Source of the DNA: Rubripirellula sp.
Lineage (GTDB): Bacteria > Planctomycetota > Planctomycetia > Pirellulales > Pirellulaceae
Assembly: GCA_965216875.1 (NCBI GenBank)
Contig: OZ244207.1
Location: 960,001-1,024,000, forward strand
DNA length: 64,000 nt
Reading direction: 5' to 3'
The notes under the pieces are model-generated. The model was not told where the DNA came from. It saw only the letters and a list, made by a program, of their open reading frames with translations, and did no database searches. This document shows, piece by piece, positions 58,105-64,000 of this stretch. The first letter of the stretch is position 1, and every line of letters begins with the position of its first letter. A program made the translations under genes and the position numbers.

Positions 58105-59817
58105 ATGGCAAATCAGAATAGAGAAGAACGAACGCAAGAGCTTCTGATGCTTGTCATGGCGCGGTCAGCAAGCGACGAAGAACGCAATGAATTGAACGAG
58201 CTACTTCGTGGTGACGATCAGTTGCGTCGCATCGTGGTCGATTCGCTGTCCATTGACGCGATGATCCTGAATCAGTTTCGCATTCGAGAGTCTCCTGACG
58301 CTGCGGATACTGAAGAAGGCAGGCGCGCCGCAGCACTGGGACTAAATGAAGTAGAGCCTCCGGTGCCGTACAGAGGTGCTCTTCTGGTAGCGGCGCTGGT
58401 ATCAGCGACCGTCATCTTTGTCATCGCCTCACTGCTCTTTGAGGGCAGCAGCAACGAAGGGCAAGAGAGTGAGAATCGCCTCGAGGCTCGATTTGAGGGC
58501 GGTTCATCTAGCCGTTCATCGGACGGTCTGGCCATAGGCGCTATAACCTTTACGCTGAATGCGAAGTGGCATCCGAGCAAAACACTCGGTGACGTGATCA
58601 AGAAAGAAGAACTGCACTTAACAGAAGGCGTGGGCAGGATCCACCTTTCAAACGGTGTTGTCCTCGTAGCGGACGCAACCACTCAGCCAGTAAAAATGCG
58701 TTTTAGGGAGGATGACGCATTGGTTGTTATGCAAGGTCGGCTGATAGCCGATGTGCCTGAGGAGGAGCTTGGCTTTACCGTTCTTACTCCAACGGCACAT
58801 GTCGTTGATATAGGAACAAGGTTCGGAGTCGCCGTCGATGCGAATGGTTCGGCGCAAGACGCATCCAGAATCACTGTGTACGAGGGGACAGTCTCGTGCA
58901 GGTCTCTGGCCAAACTGTCGCCCCGAAACCCGAATGAAATGCTGCTTGGGAACGCGTTTGAGTTTCAAAGCGGGAGCCTAAATCCTGGTATGCAGATACA
59001 ACCAGACGAGGCGTCTGACAGGGCGGAAACGATTTTGGATAAGATCGAGCTTCATGAACGAGATTCGGACCTGTGGCTTCACGCTTGTGAAAAGTTTCAG
59101 ATTCCGGTTGGCGATCCTGGTCGATCTGATTTGGGAATAGGTTGGGATGGCCCTTGGTTCCGAGCGGACCCCCGCGTCAGAAACGCGGTCGCGGTCGTTC
59201 GCAGCGGTGAGTTCTTGTCTTCTCTGCCATGGCTAAATCGCGATGATAAAAAGTACCTTGTCGTTCCATCGGCTTCAATTTGCTCGCGTGCGTTTTCCGA
59301 TCCCATAAGCCTGGACCAGAATCGCGATGTCTTCGTCAGTTTCTTTGTTCGGCGCCGTTCCGTCGCATCAGCGGACGAATGGTCTGCCACGAAAAATCCG
59401 ACGTCGGTTGGAGTCGGCTTCCGGGGCTCCGACTCACTTAGCGCGAAACCAGCTGAGTTGACGCACAACAATCTGAAATTCCTGTTCTCGTTAGGAAAAG
59501 ACGAACTCATTGCTGTGGAGTCTAGGGGAAAGCAAGGGGCACCCGGTGGGAAGGGGGCAGCTGGGAAGACTCACTTTGTGGTAATTCAGCTAGGCATCCG
59601 AAGTGACGAGCCCGACTTCATTCGGGCAAAGCTCTTCTCCGAAAACGATACTCCGCAAGTGGTCGCCCCCGAGAACTGGAACTGCACTGCCAAGTCTATT
59701 AACCATTCTGGCTACTTGCGAACGGTCAATCTTTGGTCAAACGAGAACGCAATTGCGGCTTTCGATGACCTAAGAATTGGTGACTCGTGGCAGTCGGTCA
59801 TCCCAATTCGCAATTGA
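58105..59817 (+). CDS. FecR-domain anti-sigma factor
   Basis: N-terminal helical domain and one TM, then LHLTEG...GFTVLTPTAHVVDIGTRFGV...VYEG; adjacent to the ECF gene. Confidence 0.85.
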   Translation: MANQNREERTQELLMLVMARSASDEERNELNELLRGDDQLRRIVVDSLSIDAMILNQFRIRESPDAADTEEGRRAAALGLNEVEPPVPYRGALLVAALVSATVIFVIASLLFEGSSNEGQESENRLEARFEGGSSSRSSDGLAIGAITFTLNAKWHPSKTLGDVIKKEELHLTEGVGRIHLSNGVVLVADATTQPVKMRFREDDALVVMQGRLIADVPEEELGFTVLTPTAHVVDIGTRFGVAVDANGSAQDASRITVYEGTVSCRSLAKLSPRNPNEMLLGNAFEFQSGSLNPGMQIQPDEASDRAETILDKIELHERDSDLWLHACEKFQIPVGDPGRSDLGIGWDGPWFRADPRVRNAVAVVRSGEFLSSLPWLNRDDKKYLVVPSASICSRAFSDPISLDQNRDVFVSFFVRRRSVASADEWSATKNPTSVGVGFRGSDSLSAKPAELTHNNLKFLFSLGKDELIAVESRGKQGAPGGKGAAGKTHFVVIQLGIRSDEPDFIRAKLFSENDTPQVVAPENWNCTAKSINHSGYLRTVNLWSNENAIAAFDDLRIGDSWQSVIPIRN

Positions 59818-60121
59818 AGTGAGTTTTGCATTTATCGATGCCGATTCTGGCAGCAGGTTCGTGTTCTACCTCTTTTCCCACGCCCTTCCACTTTTCGAGC
59901 GACTCTGCTTAGAGCAGCGGGACCATAGGCTGTTGGCTAGGCGTGATTCCGGACAGCGGATTCGATCGCTCCAGTCAATTGCGCTGTCGTGAACGGTTAC
60001 CGCAGTACTACTGCTCCTATTGCCTCATTAGTTGGCAAACCGCTTATGATGACAACAGGAATTCTCACGCCAGCTTCTCGCAACTTGCCAAGGCATTCGA
60101 TTCCCGATAGACGCGGCATGT

Positions 60122-60410
60122 CCACCGGGCGATTCCGTTTTCTATGTCTCGTCTAGGTTGCTCGACATCCTTGACCGCGACACTGAAGCGGCTGGCATTC
60201 CGAAGGTTGATTCAGAGAGGTACGTGGTTCACGTCCACGCACTACGGCACTCGTTCGGGATGCACCTTTCCCGCGCTGGAGTCGCACCGCGCGTAGCCCA
60301 GGCAGCTATGAGGCATTCGTCGATCGATTTGACGATGAACACGTACACGGATGTTCGCTTGCTCGGGACTGCAGAGGCGGTTGAATCATTACCCTCGTTT
60401 GATGCCGATC
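60122..60410 (+). pseudogene. C-terminal fragment of a tyrosine recombinase/integrase
   Basis: HALRHSFG (HxLRH), AMRHSSIDLTMNTY (catalytic H and Y). In-frame TGA at 60050; the N-terminal two thirds are missing. Confidence 0.88.
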
Positions 60411-60495
60411 GAACCGTTGCACCAAACCTAGGCCAAGAGGGTCACACAGGGTCACTTTCTGGCAATTTGGACAAGGTTGACGACGCGACAACGCA

Positions 60496-60536
60496 CGAAA
60501 AAACGCCGGATTCCCAAGGAAACACGGCGTTTTTCG
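60496..60536. terminator. Inverted repeat immediately 3' of tRNA-Pro
   Basis: CGAAAAAACGCCG...CGGCGTTTTTCG; could act bidirectionally. Confidence 0.6.
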
Positions 60537-60539
60537 AAG

Positions 60540-60613
60540 TCGGGCCGACTGGATTTGAACCAGCGATCTCTACACCCCCAGTGTAGCGCGTTACCAGACT
60601 ACGCCACGGCCCG
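60540..60613 (-). tRNA. tRNA-Pro (GGG), CCA not encoded
   Basis: CGGGCCG/CGGCCCG acceptor stem, TGGCGTAGTCTGGTA D arm, CTACA-CTGGGGG-TGTAG anticodon arm and GGTTCAAATCC T arm. Confidence 0.97.
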
Positions 60614-60799
60614 TGTTGGTTTTGGAAACGAGTTCCAGCCAACGCGGTAGATGCTACTGCCTCGCGCTGGCTCTGTACAGACGACATCTTTTGGCTGTCA
60701 GAGGTTCGCCCCTGGTCGACGGGAAGCCTGCCTCGGGAGTGCGGAAAAAACGGGGAAAGTCGATTGGCAAGATTGGCGTGAATCGTTTTTTTGAAGCGG

Positions 60800-62776
60800 T
60801 TATTTTGCTTTCCGGCCGCTGATCGGGTCGGCCATCTTCGCTCGCCATTGTGCGTGCAGCTTCGTCATCGACTTGACGCGTTCCGGGTACTTGGCGGCGA
60901 CGTCAGTCGTTTCGCCGGGGTCGTCAGCCAAGTTGTAGAGGTGCGTGCCAGCCGGAATCGGGATTTTGAGAAACTCGGAATCAACTAAACCCGACTCATC
61001 GAGCTGGTACATCAGGTAGTCTCGCGCGGTTTCGCGAAACACCAATTTCCAGTCGCCTTGCATGGTGATCCAGGTGGGTGTCTTGTTCCCACAATCCCAA
61101 AACAGGGGTTCGGTGTGTACGGTCTTGGCTTTGCCCTCAAGCAACGGCAGGAAACTCTTGCCGTCGATCTCTTGTGCCGGTTCGATTTCAAGGATTTCAG
61201 CCAGACTTGCAAAGACATCTCGATGGGTCACAACCGCATCGTGTGTCGAGTTCATCGCGACACGCGCTGGCCACGACAAGATCATCGGGACTTTAATCCC
61301 GCCATCCATCAAGCAGTATTTGTAGGCGTTGAGATCGCCATTGTTGGCATAGGATTGATTCGACCCGCCATTGTCGGATGAGAAGACGATGATCGTGTGT
61401 TCTCTCAGGCCGTTGTGCTCTAGCGTCTCGACGAGTTGGCCGATCACGGTATCCATCAGTTCAAGGTGTGCGAGATAAATCTTGCGGCCGTAAGGGTCGG
61501 CGATACCAAGATGGCACGTTTGGTCATACCACTCTTTGAAACTAGGCTGCGCGATGGGATCCCAAATCGGATAAGCCCATTGATTGGCGTTGCGATCAAA
61601 CGTTCGGTCAGGGATGCCATACTTTTTCCTCAATTGTTCCGGTGCATGTGTAAGCGGAGTATGGACAGCGTTGAATTCGAGTTGCAAATAGAACGGCTTC
61701 TCGCTCTTTCGGGAGACAAACGCGTTTGATTCGCGGCCGAACACTTCGGTGGTTGTCGTGTTTTCGAAAGACTCGGCCTGTTTGCCATCTCGGATCAGCG
61801 GCCCGAATGGCGCTTGAGTCGACTTCTTTGCACTGCCGGGACTGCGACGTTCGTAGGCGGCGACGTCCTTTTCGCTCAACATGTGGTAGTGCCACGAATG
61901 ATGCGTGAATGCCAGCGATTGATCAAAGCCATGTTCGATTGGCTCTTCTTTAGGGCCGCCGTTGAGATGTGTTTTACCGATTTTCATTGTTCGATAGCCT
62001 GCGCCACGAAACATTTCAGCCATCGTTTGTTCGGTCGTCGGCAATCCACCCTGGCCGTAGTAGTAAGCGCCCCAACGCTGTGCGTATCGGCCCGTGGAAA
62101 GCGCCAATCGCGAGTTGCTGCAAACGGGCGAGGCGGCGTAGGCATTGCGGAATATAGCGCCTGATTCGGCAAGACGATCGAGATTAGGCGTGCTGGCGTC
62201 TTGGCTGGTAACGTCGTGAAATCCGACGTCGGCATAACCGAGATCGTCGGCGAGGATGACGATCACGTTGGGCTTGTTGAAAGCGCGAGCGGATCGATTG
62301 GGTTGGGTCTTTATTTTTCGATAGGCGGCGCGTTGCTCTTGCGTGAGCAGTGCCAGTGCATCGGATTGGAACTGTTTGTTTCCATGGTGTGTTTCGCGAA
62401 ATGCCGCAGCCTGCTGTGCGTTCAGACCGGCGTGCTGCTGGACGTGACTCCAAAGTGCATCATCCTTGAGGTTGAGTTGTTTCGCTTTCGAGAACGCTTT
62501 GTCGCGGGCTTTGACTAGTTCCTTGGTGATGCCTGCATGTTGGCGGAGCGCGTGGACCTTTTCACGATGCTTGACGCTCAGTGCATCCAGTTCCGCCATT
62601 TGATCGGGCGTTGCACCAATTCGATTAAACTTTTCCTCGGCGCGTCGGGTGACCAGCAGATGTCGTGGCGGTTGAGTGATTCCCGTTTCTTGCGATCGGA
62701 GTGCTTGGGTCTCTGCGGTGATTGGCACGAGAGCGGTGATGAACAGAAGTCGACGCAGGACAGGATTCATTTGCAT
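60800..62776 (-). CDS. Sulfatase (arylsulfatase A-like) with N-terminal helical extension
   Basis: KPNVIVILADDLGY, TPNLDRLA, CSNSRLALSTGR, IGKTHL, AVHTP, FSSDNGG, LYNLADDPGE. Confidence 0.93.
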   Translation of the reverse strand: MQMNPVLRRLLFITALVPITAETQALRSQETGITQPPRHLLVTRRAEEKFNRIGATPDQMAELDALSVKHREKVHALRQHAGITKELVKARDKAFSKAKQLNLKDDALWSHVQQHAGLNAQQAAAFRETHHGNKQFQSDALALLTQEQRAAYRKIKTQPNRSARAFNKPNVIVILADDLGYADVGFHDVTSQDASTPNLDRLAESGAIFRNAYAASPVCSNSRLALSTGRYAQRWGAYYYGQGGLPTTEQTMAEMFRGAGYRTMKIGKTHLNGGPKEEPIEHGFDQSLAFTHHSWHYHMLSEKDVAAYERRSPGSAKKSTQAPFGPLIRDGKQAESFENTTTTEVFGRESNAFVSRKSEKPFYLQLEFNAVHTPLTHAPEQLRKKYGIPDRTFDRNANQWAYPIWDPIAQPSFKEWYDQTCHLGIADPYGRKIYLAHLELMDTVIGQLVETLEHNGLREHTIIVFSSDNGGSNQSYANNGDLNAYKYCLMDGGIKVPMILSWPARVAMNSTHDAVVTHRDVFASLAEILEIEPAQEIDGKSFLPLLEGKAKTVHTEPLFWDCGNKTPTWITMQGDWKLVFRETARDYLMYQLDESGLVDSEFLKIPIPAGTHLYNLADDPGETTDVAAKYPERVKSMTKLHAQWRAKMADPISGRKAK

Positions 62777-63020
62777 GAGCTTTTGTTCCAAGCTGGGCAG
62801 CAGTGAAGTGTCTGGGCAGCAGTGAAGAGCAATCGGCGCGGGCGGTCACGGGCCTGTTTTGCCGCGAGCCCATATCAACCTATTCCCGAATCACCGTCGG
62901 TCTGACGCATGGAATGGCGATTTTGCCCGATTTTTGCGGGCTACCGAGAGGCGTCGCGCCGCGCGTTGGGGTATTTGGTACGCTTTGAATGGGAAGCGAG
63001 ATGGAGGGGGCTGCAACGCG

Positions 63021-63602
63021 ATGGCTGGTGACAATTCACTTGGTACGGGCGCTTACTACCGCAAGGAAGACTACGCGGGATTTCTGCGGCGTCTCATTGT
63101 TATCTTTGTAGATAGCGCCTTGTTGGTTGCGTTTGGATCGGGTCTTTGGGTTGCATTAATACTTGCCGCCTGGGCCGTCCGCCCGAACTACGATCCCTCG
63201 TTTATCTTCTTGGCGGTTTGGCTGTCCTTCGCATGGACCTATTTGGTCCTGATGAAGCGTTCTCGCATCCGCACGGTTGGGTACCAACTGGTCGGGGTCA
63301 AGATCGTCTCGACCAAGGCGGAACGACCGTCCGTTTGGGCGATGACATTTCGGATGATGCTGTGGATCTTTGGACCGATCAACATGCTGTTTGATTTGCT
63401 TTGGCTTGGTGCCGATAGCGAGAATCAATCACTCCGAGATTGTTTCGCAGGGACTTACGTCGTGCGAAAAAACGCCGAGCCAATTGGTTTTGCGCCGATG
63501 CACCTGACGCGGTACGCTGGCGCTGGTCTGTTCCTTTCCTACCCTCGCGTCTGTAGGCCCGCGGTTGACGACGGCGACAGCTTCACCAGCGAGCGGCAAT
63601 GA
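63021..63602 (+). CDS. RDD family membrane protein
   Basis: YAGFLRRL..FVD, TVGYQLVGVKIV, QSLRDCFAGTYVV; GGAGG upstream. Confidence 0.88.
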   Translation: MAGDNSLGTGAYYRKEDYAGFLRRLIVIFVDSALLVAFGSGLWVALILAAWAVRPNYDPSFIFLAVWLSFAWTYLVLMKRSRIRTVGYQLVGVKIVSTKAERPSVWAMTFRMMLWIFGPINMLFDLLWLGADSENQSLRDCFAGTYVVRKNAEPIGFAPMHLTRYAGAGLFLSYPRVCRPAVDDGDSFTSERQ

Positions 63603-63644
63603 GATCAATGTGTCAACCTTTGACTGGGCGTCTACCAGAGCCAT

Positions 63645-63860
63645 TCAATGGCTGTCACGCAACGAGATGTAAACGTAGTAGGCTGCCGTTTCAGAATCAT
63701 CGTCTGAAATGAGGGTCGCTTTCAGTCGCTGTAGTCCTGTCGTTAAGTCGACGGCGAAGACCGCTTGTTGGTCCTCTTGGGCCACGCGAACCGTTCGATC
63801 GAAATCGCCCACCTGCAATTGCACCTGTGCAACTTCAATCGCTTGGCTTGGCAAATTCAT
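63645..63860 (-). CDS. Small hypothetical ORF or C-terminal sulfatase-associated beta-domain fragment
   Basis: 71 aa; AVFAVDLTTG..RLKATL...AAYYVYI resembles C-terminal domains of arylsulfatases. It may be the end of a frameshifted longer gene. Confidence 0.4.
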   Translation of the reverse strand: MNLPSQAIEVAQVQLQVGDFDRTVRVAQEDQQAVFAVDLTTGLQRLKATLISDDDSETAAYYVYISLRDSH

Positions 63861-64000
63861 CGTCTTGTTGTTTTCGTCGTGTTTTGACTCGTCGATTGGA
63901 TGTCCCAGCGTCGTGTCTGAGAGTGAACAATCGACTTCGCGCGGCCATCGACGGACGACGAATTCGTATTGCCCCGATTGTTTGACGTCGATCCAAGTCC

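Larger units (their letters stand above)
48584..60540. mobile_element. Decayed genomic island at the 3' end of tRNA-Pro (left boundary uncertain)
   Basis: Integrase remnant abutting the tRNA 3' end, orphan ORFs, a truncated gene, and sequence that looks more AT-rich by eye. No duplicated att site found. Confidence 0.5.

Noticed and set aside
60410..60586. Integrase ORF extending through the tRNA
   Set aside because: The tail is read-through across the att-like region and antisense tRNA; recognisable homology ends near 60410.

Overview
This is chromosomal DNA from a planctomycete, most likely Pirellulaceae, judged from DUF1501, DUF1559, DUF1552/DUF1592, a planctomycete extracellular-domain protein and an ECF/FecR pair. 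The left ~48 kb is mostly backbone and niche genes: lysA, a NifS-like aminotransferase, class II ribonucleotide reductase nrdJ with tandem NrdR boxes, a P-loop kinase/Thg1-like polymerase pair, rpmI-rplT-pheS-pheT, pyrF, a large secreted metalloprotease, a GH29 fucosidase, a CotH kinase and a D-aminoacylase/serine-hydrolase fusion. Intergenic spaces carry at least eight REP-like palindrome families, including a 1.1 kb tandem array of ~224 bp units. From ~48.5 kb to tRNA-Pro(GGG) at 60540-60613 lies a decayed accessory island with an integrase remnant, a truncated glycoside hydrolase, small orphan ORFs, a PAS-MCP and an ECF-FecR pair. The most unexplained signal is in this island: about nine related hairpins with covarying stems, strand-specific G-U pairing and conserved C-rich loops, sitting 5' of small orphan ORFs. 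Also notable are a porin interrupted by one in-frame TAG and several enzymes with altered catalytic motifs. All calls are from manual motif recognition; no database search was run.
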